Below are positions 10,168 to 19,165 of a DNA stretch of 45,828 nt, one piece after another. A program made the translations under genes and the position numbers. Location of the stretch: contig JACPHN010000083.1 of NCBI GenBank assembly GCA_016188575.1, forward strand, positions 1 to 45,828. The letters are read 5' to 3'. Below the pieces are notes generated by a model. It made no database searches. It was given only the letters and a program-made list of their open reading frames with translations, and was not told the origin of the DNA. The first letter of the stretch is position 1. The number at the start of each line of letters is the position of its first letter. This stretch comes from Candidatus Schekmanbacteria bacterium (lineage in GTDB: Bacteria; CSSED10-310; JACPHN01).

Positions 10168-10973
10168 GCCACGTGCTTCGCATTGGAACGAGCGGCTACA
10201 GCTACGAGGACTGGGTTGGTCCATTCTACCCGGATGGGACGCAACGTGGCGCGATGCTCGCGCACTACGCCGGTGTTTTTGCGGCCACGGAGGTGACGAG
10301 CTCCTACTATCGTATTCCGCATCCGCGAACCTGTGAGCAAATGCTCGAAAAGGTGCCGGCGGGTTTCATGTTCAGTGTGAAGGCCCACCGCTCGTTCACT
10401 CACGAGCGTAACGCGGACCGGACGCATTTTGGCGCCTTCGCCGCGGCACTCGCGCCGCTGCTCGAGCGCGGGCAGCTCGCATGTATCCTCTTGCAATTTC
10501 CCTTCGATTTTCGCAACACGGCGGACAACATCGCGTATTTGCAAGGACTCTTCGGTTCCTTCGAGGCGCGGCTCGTGGTGGAGTTTCGGCACCGCAGTTG
10601 GCAGACGGACGAGACCTTCGAGACGTTGCGGCGATACGGCGTCGGCTACTGCTCGGTGGATGTGCCGCGGCTCAAGGGCCTGCCGCGGCCGGTGACTGTG
10701 GCGACATCTCCGCTCGCCTATGTCCGCTTGCACGGTCGCAACGCGGACAGATGGTGGCGGCAAGAGGAACCCCGGCAGCGCTACGACTATCTGTACAGCG
10801 GTACGGAGCTTGCCGAATGGGCGGCACGCATCAAGGAGCTGGGCAGCCGCAGCGAGGACGTCTACGTCTTTTTCAACAACCACTACCGCGCCCAGGCGGC
10901 GCGAAACGCGAATGTGCTAATCGCGTTGCTGCGCGGCAGCAGTGGAGCCGAGACTGCGACAACGACCGGTTAG
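10164..10973 (+). CDS. DUF72 (UPF0759/YecE-like) family protein
   Basis: N-terminal 'LRIGTSGYSYEDWVGPFYP' is the DUF72 signature. The start overlaps the upstream stop (GTGA). Confidence 0.7.
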   Translation: MSHVLRIGTSGYSYEDWVGPFYPDGTQRGAMLAHYAGVFAATEVTSSYYRIPHPRTCEQMLEKVPAGFMFSVKAHRSFTHERNADRTHFGAFAAALAPLLERGQLACILLQFPFDFRNTADNIAYLQGLFGSFEARLVVEFRHRSWQTDETFETLRRYGVGYCSVDVPRLKGLPRPVTVATSPLAYVRLHGRNADRWWRQEEPRQRYDYLYSGTELAEWAARIKELGSRSEDVYVFFNNHYRAQAARNANVLIALLRGSSGAETATTTG

Positions 10974-11115
10974 GAGACTGCCCGCCGCCCCTCGCTCAGG
11001 CGCGCCAGCATGAGCCGCGGCCCTGAATCCTGTACCCTCTCGAAGTCGACCCGACGGCGCGCGCCTTGCAGGTGAACCGGCTGTGGACTCGAGTTTTCAG
11101 CGCGGTAGTGCCGGC

Positions 11116-12684
11116 CTATTCCGGCGTTTTGGCGCCTGCTCTTGTCTTGAGGCGAGCGAAGCGCCGGACGGCGCGGTGCCGCGGCCAGGCCGGCGGTGCG
11201 CCGCTCGCCTCGCCGCCGGCGACGGGCGTCGCCTGCAATGCCAGCAGTCGGGCCTGGACGTGGTTGGTGCAATATCGCCCATACAGCATCGAGGCGGCCT
11301 CGTACTGCTGCTCGAGGTACTCCTCCGGGGTAGTGAAATAGCCCGCGTACTCACCGGCGTAGCCGATGATCCACGGTACGGCGCCCGGGTCCGCGCGGGC
11401 CAGGGCGCGTTCGATCCGCCACGCCGCCATGACGGTTGGTTCGCCCGGAACGGTGGCGATGAGCGCAGGGCCGACGCGCCACAGATGCAGGGGCCAGCAC
11501 CGCGGCGGCGAAAGCGCGAGCAGCCGGCGCAGGGCCGCCTGCACGGGACCGAGAGCCGGGGACTTGGGAAACTGAGGGTGCGCCGGCGAGAAGTACCTGG
11601 CGGATGCGGCGGCCCCGGCAAGCCCGAGATGGTAGAGCAGCGAACGGCCGTCTGGAGCGCCGCCCAGAGCGGCGCGGCCGACACACCACGTCTCGGCGAG
11701 CTCGGTCGCCGGATCGCCATCAACCAGACGAGACGTCAGAGGAATGGACGCCAGGCGGCAATCGACGGTGTAAGCCGCGGCACCGCGCCGGGCCTCGTCC
11801 AGAACGGCGCCGACCGTGTCCGCGACCGCGCGCCCGACGCCCCTGGCAAGATCGGTTCCCTGTGTCGCACCGGGAACCAGCATGTTGACGTCGCCGGCGG
11901 TTCCGGGCATGACGGCGCAGAGGCAGCCGGCGCCGAGCCGTGCGGAGAGCATGCCGGCCGCTGCTCCGGTCCAATCCGCCGAGTAGCCGTCGACCGCGGG
12001 CCCGAGGCAGGTGTTGTGACAGGCAAATGACGCCAGGACCGCAAGGGGCGCACCTCCCTCTGCGAAGGCCGCCAGCACCTTGACTCGCGGGTCGGTAGCC
12101 CGTTGGCCGGGGGGCGTGGACGGCGGCGCTCCCGACGCCGGTCCCCCGGGAGCCTCCCAGGCAGGCGCGTCGGGATTACGGTGAAACGCTCCCGGACAGG
12201 CGTTCGTGGACACCCCCCAGAGGCGGCCGGTAGCCAGGCCGAGCGCCGCCGGGCGGGCGTTCGCCGCCGCCATCGTTACCGCCGCCGCGATCCTCGTCGC
12301 CAGCCATTCCGCCAGCCCGCGGTCGAAGCCGCGCCGCGCCTGCGTGAGCGAATCGAAGTACGAGCTCGCAAAGAAGTTTCCCGGAGCCGCGTGGGTGTGT
12401 GTCCCGGCAACCACCAGGTTACGTTCAACAAGGCCGCAGGAAGCTGAGGCCATCTCGGCTGCCCGCCTGAACAGGTAGCCCGAGGCCGAGGCCAGGTCGA
12501 CGACGCACAACGCCGCATCGTGGCCGCGGCTGTCGCGAAAATAGACCGCGCGCGCCTTGAGCGGATCGATTGTCCGCTTCGCGATTCGCCCCAGGGCGCC
12601 GTATCCCGCGAGCGGTAGGCCTGGAGGTGGCGTGATATCCACTTCCGCTGCGCCGCACCAGGAACCGCGCTCCACGGAGCTCAT
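11116..12684 (-). CDS. neutral/alkaline non-lysosomal ceramidase
   Basis: Motif 'VVAGTHTHAAPGNFF' matches the GTHTHSGP active-site region of neutral ceramidases. Start chosen at the internal Met (MSSVERG) with a GGAG Shine-Dalgarno site; the longer ORF to 12750 would overlap the neighbouring gene. Confidence 0.7.
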   Translation of the reverse strand: MSSVERGSWCGAAEVDITPPPGLPLAGYGALGRIAKRTIDPLKARAVYFRDSRGHDAALCVVDLASASGYLFRRAAEMASASCGLVERNLVVAGTHTHAAPGNFFASSYFDSLTQARRGFDRGLAEWLATRIAAAVTMAAANARPAALGLATGRLWGVSTNACPGAFHRNPDAPAWEAPGGPASGAPPSTPPGQRATDPRVKVLAAFAEGGAPLAVLASFACHNTCLGPAVDGYSADWTGAAAGMLSARLGAGCLCAVMPGTAGDVNMLVPGATQGTDLARGVGRAVADTVGAVLDEARRGAAAYTVDCRLASIPLTSRLVDGDPATELAETWCVGRAALGGAPDGRSLLYHLGLAGAAASARYFSPAHPQFPKSPALGPVQAALRRLLALSPPRCWPLHLWRVGPALIATVPGEPTVMAAWRIERALARADPGAVPWIIGYAGEYAGYFTTPEEYLEQQYEAASMLYGRYCTNHVQARLLALQATPVAGGEASGAPPAWPRHRAVRRFARLKTRAGAKTPE

Positions 12685-12709
12685 CGGCAGCTCCAGTCCC
12701 GCGCTCGGG

Positions 12710-14023
12710 TCAAAGGACGGTGCGCAAGAGCTCCTCGAGTGTGGGTCCACTCAGCTCTTCAAGCGAATACTGGACGCGATGCATGGGCTTGTCCACGGTA
12801 ATGAGCCGCGCCAGGTCGATAGGCGTGGCGACGATGACCGCATCGCAGTCGCAACGCCGAATTGTCGCCTCGAGATCGGCGACTTGCGCCTTGCCATAGC
12901 CCATGGCCGGCAAGACCGCGCGCACCTGGGAATACTTCTGGAAGACGTCGACGAGGCTTCCGACCGCGCACGGCCGCGGATCGACAATCTCGCTCGCGCC
13001 GAGCGTCCTGGCGGCCACCACGCCAGCTCCGAAGGACATGCCGCCGTGCGTGACCGTCGGTCCATCCTCGACCACGAGCACCCGCTTGCCAGCAAGCGCT
13101 GCGCCATTTTCGACGGTGACGGGCGACGCCGCGCGGATGATGACCGCCTTCGGGTTCACCCGGCGCACGTTCGCCTCCACCAGCGCCACGTCGGCTTCGG
13201 CCGCGGTGTCGACCTTATTGATGATGACGACCCCGGCGCGCCGGATGTTCACGGATCCCGGGTAGTACGTCAGCTCATGGCCCGCGCGATGCGGATCGGC
13301 AACGACGATCTCCAGCGTCGGAGCAAAGAACGGGGTGTCGTTGTTGCCGCCGTCCCAGATAATGACGTCGGCGGACTTCTCGGCCTCGGCGAGAATCGCC
13401 TGATAATCGACTCCGGCCATGACGATCGCGCCTTCGGCCAGATGCGGCTCGTACTCCTCGCGTTCCTCGATCGTGCAGTCGTGAGCGAGCAGGTCATCGT
13501 AGGTCGCGAATCTCTGCACCCGCTGTTTCACGAGATCGCCGTAGGGCATCGGATGGCGCACGACGACAACGCGTTTGCCCATCCCGTGCAGGATGCCTGC
13601 GATTTTCCGCGAAGTCTGGCTCTTTCCGCAGCCGGTGCGGACGGCGCACACCGAGATCACCGGGACCGTGGAGGGCAGCATCAGTTGCGCGGCCGAGGGG
13701 AGCTCGAAGGTGGCGCCGCGCGCGACGACGCTGGCGGCACGGTCCATGACATGGTCATGTGAGACGTCGCTGTAGGCAAAGACGACGCGCGTGATCCGTT
13801 CCGCCTCGATGAGGCTGGGGAGCTCGTCTTCGGCGTAGATGGGAATGCCGTGCGGATAGCCTGGGCCGGCGAGCGCGGCGGGGTACTTTCTACCGGCGAT
13901 TCCGGGAATTTGGGTCGCCGTGAAAGCGACGACGTGAACTTCGTCGCGACCGCGGAAGAGCGTATTGAAGACGTGGAAGTCCTTACCAGCGGCTCCCATG
14001 ATGACCGTACGAGTGCTTGTCAT
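12710..14023 (-). CDS. P-loop protein resembling cyclic 2,3-diphosphoglycerate synthetase (cPGS-like)
   Basis: A 437-aa ORF with a strong Shine-Dalgarno site (AAGGTGA). It has a Walker-A-like 'RTGCGKSQTS' and the overall length and layout recalled from cPGS family members. The family assignment is from memory and not certain. Confidence 0.4.
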   Translation of the reverse strand: MTSTRTVIMGAAGKDFHVFNTLFRGRDEVHVVAFTATQIPGIAGRKYPAALAGPGYPHGIPIYAEDELPSLIEAERITRVVFAYSDVSHDHVMDRAASVVARGATFELPSAAQLMLPSTVPVISVCAVRTGCGKSQTSRKIAGILHGMGKRVVVVRHPMPYGDLVKQRVQRFATYDDLLAHDCTIEEREEYEPHLAEGAIVMAGVDYQAILAEAEKSADVIIWDGGNNDTPFFAPTLEIVVADPHRAGHELTYYPGSVNIRRAGVVIINKVDTAAEADVALVEANVRRVNPKAVIIRAASPVTVENGAALAGKRVLVVEDGPTVTHGGMSFGAGVVAARTLGASEIVDPRPCAVGSLVDVFQKYSQVRAVLPAMGYGKAQVADLEATIRRCDCDAVIVATPIDLARLITVDKPMHRVQYSLEELSGPTLEELLRTVL

Positions 14024-14309
14024 GGCTCACCTTTTGTGCGAGAACGAGGTCAGCGTCTCGCGGCCGCGTCCAGAACGGCCGCGCGGCGCCCGCCGGAATC
14101 GGCGCCGTGCTCATAGCACGAAGTGGCGGTTGGCGCCAGCTTCGCCGCGCCGTGAGGCACGTGTCTGGACACATGTCACAGGTATTTCGCCACGGACTTC
14201 GCCGCACCCAGAGCTACACGGTCGCTCCGCAATCCCCCTCGCCAGGTGGCACGTCATTTGCTTTGTAGGAAGAGCATTCGTCATACTGGATCGTCGCCTG
14301 GCCCTGAGG

Positions 14310-15590
14310 ATGAACATGCCTCTCGCTTTTCCATGCGCTTCCGACCGATCTGCTGCCACGCGGGTAATCGCCTACCTGTCCGCATGGCTGGTGGCGGGGC
14401 TCGCCTCGCTGGCTTGCGCGCCGGCGCCGGGCCCCGCGGACGATCCTGTCGCGATCGCCGACCTGGTCGCCACTCCGCCGCTGGCGACTGCTAACCTCCT
14501 CTGGCAAGGTTCGGGCAGCAGCGGCGCCGAGTACAAGGTTACGGCAATGGCAGCAGCCAACGAGGGCGTCTTTGTCGCCACCAGCAACGTCTACTCCACG
14601 CGCCAGGCAAACCACTCCGCGGCCTTTCTCATCGGCTACGATGGCGTCGCACGCAGAGTCTACAGCGGCCCGGAGGAGTCGATCGGGCCTCTTTTCGGGC
14701 CATACATGACGGTCGAGCACGGTCCTTCCGTGTTGCAGCTTCGCAATGGACGCGTTCGCGAGGCCATCGCCATGCCCCAGGCGCCGCCAGGCACCCTGGG
14801 CTGCTCGGTCGATGCCGCCGATTGCAACTGGAGCATCGTCGGGGCACTTGCCTGGAACGGAGCCGCGGCGCTCACATACAACCTCGGCCCATACAAGCAG
14901 GGACAGTTCTTCGACTCCCCAAAGTTGCTGAGCATTGACGCCTCTCCGCCCTACCATTTCAGCCTGCGACGCTTGCAGGCGACGGTCCAGGGCGCCGCGT
15001 TTCACGATGGCGTACTGTGGCTGTCAACCTCCTTCGGCTGGACCGAAGACGACAACGCTCTGGTGCGGCTGAATGCCCCTAGCGCCGAGGCGTATTCGAT
15101 CTTGGAGGAAACCCGCGGCAGCGACGTGGGTGCTCTGCACTGGTTTGCCGGGTCGCTCTACGGCGGCGGCGGCCGGCGCATCGCGGAAGGCTCGTCGGCA
15201 CCACCGGCGGCGCTCTACGAGCTCAGCGATGACCGCTGGCGGGCGGTTCTTGATACCGGGTCAGAGACGGTCAACCAGTTGTTGGAGGCGTGCGGCAAGC
15301 TCTGGATCGCCACGACCAACCCGGACCGCGTGCTGGTGATGGATGCCTTCGGGGAAATCGCGGTCGTGGCCGAGCACCCGGATGAAGGAAACGAGGAAGA
15401 TCCGCGCTCGTTTGGTTCCACCTTCGACCTCAGGCTAGAGCGCGAGGGAAATGCCTGGCGCTGGCGCTACTATTGGGCCCGCTCGGATCTACATCGCGCC
15501 TACCTTTATGAGCTGGTGCCGCAGGCGAGCGAGGGGCTTTGCGAGCCGCTGCTGACCTCCGGATCGGGTATCGGCGAGCAGATCGATTGA
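14310..15590 (+). CDS. hypothetical secreted protein/lipoprotein
   Basis: Start placed at the internal ATG with a GAGGA Shine-Dalgarno site. The N-terminal hydrophobic signal 'VIAYLSAWLVAGLASLACAP' ends in a Cys. No recognisable domain. Confidence 0.5.
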   Translation: MNMPLAFPCASDRSAATRVIAYLSAWLVAGLASLACAPAPGPADDPVAIADLVATPPLATANLLWQGSGSSGAEYKVTAMAAANEGVFVATSNVYSTRQANHSAAFLIGYDGVARRVYSGPEESIGPLFGPYMTVEHGPSVLQLRNGRVREAIAMPQAPPGTLGCSVDAADCNWSIVGALAWNGAAALTYNLGPYKQGQFFDSPKLLSIDASPPYHFSLRRLQATVQGAAFHDGVLWLSTSFGWTEDDNALVRLNAPSAEAYSILEETRGSDVGALHWFAGSLYGGGGRRIAEGSSAPPAALYELSDDRWRAVLDTGSETVNQLLEACGKLWIATTNPDRVLVMDAFGEIAVVAEHPDEGNEEDPRSFGSTFDLRLEREGNAWRWRYYWARSDLHRAYLYELVPQASEGLCEPLLTSGSGIGEQID

Positions 15591-15726
15591 AATCCAGGCG
15601 CACAGCGGTCAGGATAGGGCTCGCACCAGCACTTCGTCAGCCGGTCCGAAACCCCGACCCGCAAGCCGGGGTCTCAGCCGACACACCAGCGACGCCAGAG
15701 CAGCCAGAACAGAAGGAGGCAGGGTA

Positions 15727-16524
15727 GTGCAGGGGTATCGCGGGCGATGGGCGCTGATCCTTGGCGCCTCGAGCGGCTTCGGCGCCGCCTGCGCCCGGGA
15801 GCTGGCCGCTCGCGGCATGAACATCGCGGGCGTTCATCTCGATCGGCGGGCGCAGCGGCAGGCAGTTGCGGATCTCACCGGGGAGCTCCTGGAGCATGGC
15901 GTCGAGGTTCGCTTTTTCAACGCCAATGCCGCGGCCGCAGAAACGCGCGCGGCGGTAACCGACTTTCTGCGGACCGCCACCGGGGGTGGGAAGCCACCTC
16001 TCGGCATTGTTCTGCACAGCCTCGCCTTCGGCGCGCTACGGCCTTTTACTGCCGCGTCGCCGGCGGAGCGCGTCAGCCGAGAGCAGCTCGAGATGACCCT
16101 CGACGTCATGGCGAGCTCGCTCGTCTATTGGGTTCAGGATCTGCTCGCTGCCGAACTGCTCGGTGGCGGCACCCGCATCTTTGCGATGACGAGCCTCGGG
16201 AGCAGCCGCGCCTGGCCGGGCTACGGACCGGTGTCTGCCGCCAAGGCCGCACTCGAGTCCAACGTCCGCCAGCTCGCCCTGGAGCTCGCTGCGCACGGCA
16301 TTACCGTCAACGCCCTGCGCGCCGGAGTGACCATGACCCCGGCGCTGGCGCAAATTCCCGGGCACGAGCGCATGATCGCGGTGGCGGAGGCCCGCAACCC
16401 GAGCGGGCGCCTCACGCGTCCCGAGGACGTCGCTCGCGCCGTGGCCGCCCTGGCGGCGCCCGAAACCGCCTGGATCACCGGCAACGTCATTGCCGTGGAC
16501 GGCGGCGAGAGCATTGTCGCATGA
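15727..16524 (+). CDS. short-chain dehydrogenase/reductase (SDR) family oxidoreductase
   Basis: GTG start 7 nt after GGAGG. Gly-rich dinucleotide motif 'ILGASSGFGAA' and C-terminal 'ITGNVIAVDGGESI'. Confidence 0.75.
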   Translation: MQGYRGRWALILGASSGFGAACARELAARGMNIAGVHLDRRAQRQAVADLTGELLEHGVEVRFFNANAAAAETRAAVTDFLRTATGGGKPPLGIVLHSLAFGALRPFTAASPAERVSREQLEMTLDVMASSLVYWVQDLLAAELLGGGTRIFAMTSLGSSRAWPGYGPVSAAKAALESNVRQLALELAAHGITVNALRAGVTMTPALAQIPGHERMIAVAEARNPSGRLTRPEDVARAVAALAAPETAWITGNVIAVDGGESIVA

Positions 16525-16964
16525 GCGGCCCCGAGCGCGAACGAGCCGCCGTGCTTGCCTACCTCTCGTGGTCGCGAGCGCTGCTGGCCCGGCATCCCTC
16601 GGCCGGTCGCGCCGCCCTCGATCCCATCCTCACCGCGCTGAAAGGCGGCGATCCCGCACCCGTTCTCGCCGAAGCCGCCAAGGCCGAGCGCATTCTCGCC
16701 GAGCTCCGGGAACCGCCGGCTGCGGTCGGGGTGCCGGCGGCATGCGAATCGCTACACGATGGCCAGCAGCGCCTGTTTTCGGCCGTCGCGGAGATGCTGC
16801 GCGAGCAGGCCGGGTACGCGCGCGGCAAGGATGGAGCCATGCGCCACGTGGTGCGAACGCTGCGATCCATGCAGCGCATCGTCCGCCTTGCGCGGCGAAC
16901 CGAAGCCGAGGCCAAGGCCCTGGAGAGCGCGCACCGTGCCGGTCCGGCGCCGGCTGACCGCTAA
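16521..16964 (+). CDS. hypothetical helical protein (translationally coupled to the SDR gene)
   Basis: ATGA start/stop overlap with the SDR gene. This is the only plausible coding part of the long alternate-frame ORF 15747-16964. Confidence 0.35.
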   Translation: MSGPERERAAVLAYLSWSRALLARHPSAGRAALDPILTALKGGDPAPVLAEAAKAERILAELREPPAAVGVPAACESLHDGQQRLFSAVAEMLREQAGYARGKDGAMRHVVRTLRSMQRIVRLARRTEAEAKALESAHRAGPAPADR

Positions 16965-17016
16965 CGCCCCCCCGAGCTCGGGTCATCGCCGGGCGCAAGG
17001 TGACACCGCGAGACAC

Positions 17017-17045
17017 TTGACACTCGATGCCAAAAATGGTATGGT
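17017..17045 (+). promoter_or_regulatory. sigma-70-like promoter (TTGACA-17nt-TATGGT) giving a leaderless or near-leaderless tetR transcript; overlapping imperfect palindrome is a candidate operator
   Basis: Perfect -35 TTGACA at 17017-17022, a 17-nt spacer, and -10 TATGGT at 17040-17045. The ATG at 17052 lies about 7 nt after the -10. The inverted repeat TGGTATGG..CCATGCCA spans the start. Confidence 0.5.
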
Positions 17046-17051
17046 ATTCCC

Positions 17052-17666
17052 ATGCCAACGTCCACGCCTCTGCGTCAGCTCAAGAAGATCCGCACCCGTG
17101 AAGACCTGCGGCAGGCGGCGCTTCGCTTGTTCGCCGAACAGGGCTTCGAGGCGACGACCGCCGATGACATCGCCGCCGCGGCGGGCGTCTCGCGGCGCAC
17201 GTTTTTCCGCTACTTTCAGAACAAGGAGGAGGCAGTATTCTGCCAGCAGCGCGCGCTCATGGAGAAGCTCGCCGGCAACTTGGCGGCGCCGCGCGACGGC
17301 GGTTCCGATGTGCGCGCCGTGGAGCGCGCCTGTCTTGCCCTGGCGGACGAGTACATGAGGGATCGCGATGCGGTCGTTCTCACGCAACAGATCATCGAGC
17401 GATCTCCGGTACTGATCGCCGCGGACCGGACGCTGGATCTGGCGTGGGAAGAGACAATCGCGCAAGCGCTGGCGCGGTCGACGGCCGCCGAGGTATGGCG
17501 CGGGCGCATCATCGCCGGGGCGCTGACGGGAGCGGTGCGCGCGGCGCTGCGCCTGTGGTTGGCCGGCGGCGCTACGGACGACCTGCGGCAGCTTGGGTGT
17601 GAGGTTTTTGCGTTGCTGGCGCGCGAGCTTGCCGAAGCGGAAGCGACGGTGCTTGACCAGTCTTGA
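17052..17666 (+). CDS. TetR/AcrR family transcriptional regulator
   Basis: N-terminal HTH 'LRQAALRLFAEQGFEATTADDIAAAAGVSRRTFFRYFQNKEEAV'. Confidence 0.9.
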   Translation: MPTSTPLRQLKKIRTREDLRQAALRLFAEQGFEATTADDIAAAAGVSRRTFFRYFQNKEEAVFCQQRALMEKLAGNLAAPRDGGSDVRAVERACLALADEYMRDRDAVVLTQQIIERSPVLIAADRTLDLAWEETIAQALARSTAAEVWRGRIIAGALTGAVRAALRLWLAGGATDDLRQLGCEVFALLARELAEAEATVLDQS

Positions 17667-17716
17667 CCAGGACGGGGTTTCTTACCGGCTGACGAAGGGA
17701 TGAAAGGATACAGACT

Positions 17717-19165
17717 ATGGCGATGAGAATTCCGGCACGAGGCGCGGGGCAGGAGAGCGTTTTGGGCGCACTTGAGGGATTTCGCGCGGATGATTTGAAG
17801 TGGCGCACGGGCAAGGCATGGGCTTACGTTTTCGACGCTGGGCGCGAGGCGGAGGAGGTATGCAAGAAGGCGTATGCGGCGTATCTGTCCGAGAATGGGC
17901 TAGATCCCACGGCCTTTCCTAGCCTGCTCCGGCTGGAAAACGAGATCGTGGGAATGATGGCATCGCACCTGAACGCTGGGCCGGAGGCGGTCGGCAACTT
18001 CACGAGCGGTGGGACCGAGAGCATCATGCTTGCGGTCAAGTCGGCACGAGACTGGGCGCGTGAAAAGCACCCGGAAATCCGGGAACCCGAGATGATCTTG
18101 CCACACACCAGTCACGCCGCCTTTCAGAAGGCGGGCCACTATCTCGGAGTCCGCGGCGTGCCGGTCGCGGTCGACTCTGAAACGATGCGCGCCGATCCCG
18201 GTGCCGTGCGCGCCGCGATCACCCCCAACACGATTCTCCTGGTGGCATCGGCGACGTCGTACGCGCATGGCGTGATCGATCCCATCGGCGAAATCGCCGC
18301 GCTGGCCGCGGAGCGTGGGCTGCTCTGCCACGTCGATGGCTGCATCGGCGGATTCGTTCTGCCCTATTTCCGCAGGCTCGGAGCGCCCATTCCGGACTTC
18401 GACTTTGCGGTGCGGGGCGTCACCTCGATGTCGATTGACCTGCACAAATACGCATTTGCGGCCAAAGGGGCATCGGTCGTGCTGTATCGCAGCAAGGAGC
18501 TGCGACGCCACCAAATCTATGCGTGCTCGACGTGGACGGGCTACACGATCGTCAATCCGACCGTGCAAAGCACCAAGTCTGGGGGACCGCTGGCCGGCGC
18601 CTGGGCGGTGCTCCACTTCATCGGCGACGACGGGTATCTGGAGCTCTGCCGGCGCATGTTGGAGGCGACGCGGGAGCTGGCGGCGGGGATCGAGCGGATC
18701 GACGGGCTGCGGCTCGCCGCGCAGCCAGATGGTAACCTGCTCGCGTTTGCATCGGATACGGTGAGTGTGTTTCACATTGCAGACGAGATGACTGAGCGCG
18801 GTTGGCACGTGCAGCCCCAGCTCGCCTTCGCGGAGTCGCCCGCGACGATTCATCTGTCGGTAAACCCGAGCAACACGGCGTGGGTGCGGGAATTTCTGGA
18901 GGATCTTCGCGCCAGCGTCGCGGCGGCGCGCCTGTTGCCGCCGAGCCCGCTGGCGGCGATGGCCAAGACGGCGGTGTCGAGCCTCGCCGGCGTCGAGATC
19001 AGCGAGCAGATGATCGAGCAGCTCCTGGCGATGGTTGGGCTCCGAGACCGGGCGCTACCCAAGCGCATGGCGCCCATTCATGAGCTCATGAACGTCATCC
19101 CGCCGGAGCTGCGCAGCAAGGCGCTGATCCATTTCGCAAACGGCCTGTTCACACCGCCCCGCTAG
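17717..19165 (+). CDS. PLP-dependent group II decarboxylase-fold enzyme, sphingosine-1-phosphate lyase-like
   Basis: 'SGGTESIMLAVKSARDWAR' and the PLP-lysine motif 'SMSIDLHKYAFAAKGASVVLYR'. The latter resembles the SPL signature (S.S.D.HKYG.APKG.S..LY) more than glutamate decarboxylase. Confidence 0.7.
   Translation: MAMRIPARGAGQESVLGALEGFRADDLKWRTGKAWAYVFDAGREAEEVCKKAYAAYLSENGLDPTAFPSLLRLENEIVGMMASHLNAGPEAVGNFTSGGTESIMLAVKSARDWAREKHPEIREPEMILPHTSHAAFQKAGHYLGVRGVPVAVDSETMRADPGAVRAAITPNTILLVASATSYAHGVIDPIGEIAALAAERGLLCHVDGCIGGFVLPYFRRLGAPIPDFDFAVRGVTSMSIDLHKYAFAAKGASVVLYRSKELRRHQIYACSTWTGYTIVNPTVQSTKSGGPLAGAWAVLHFIGDDGYLELCRRMLEATRELAAGIERIDGLRLAAQPDGNLLAFASDTVSVFHIADEMTERGWHVQPQLAFAESPATIHLSVNPSNTAWVREFLEDLRASVAAARLLPPSPLAAMAKTAVSSLAGVEISEQMIEQLLAMVGLRDRALPKRMAPIHELMNVIPPELRSKALIHFANGLFTPPR

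Noticed and set aside
10074-10883. 269-aa minus-strand ORF overlapping the DUF72 gene
   Set aside because: No motifs. The plus strand carries the DUF72 signature.
15747-16520. 405-aa alternate-frame ORF overlapping the SDR gene
   Set aside because: Extremely Arg/Gly/Pro-rich low-complexity translation, typical of the wrong frame in high-GC DNA. The SDR frame has clear motifs. Only the non-overlapping 3' part (16521-16964) was kept as a possible small gene.
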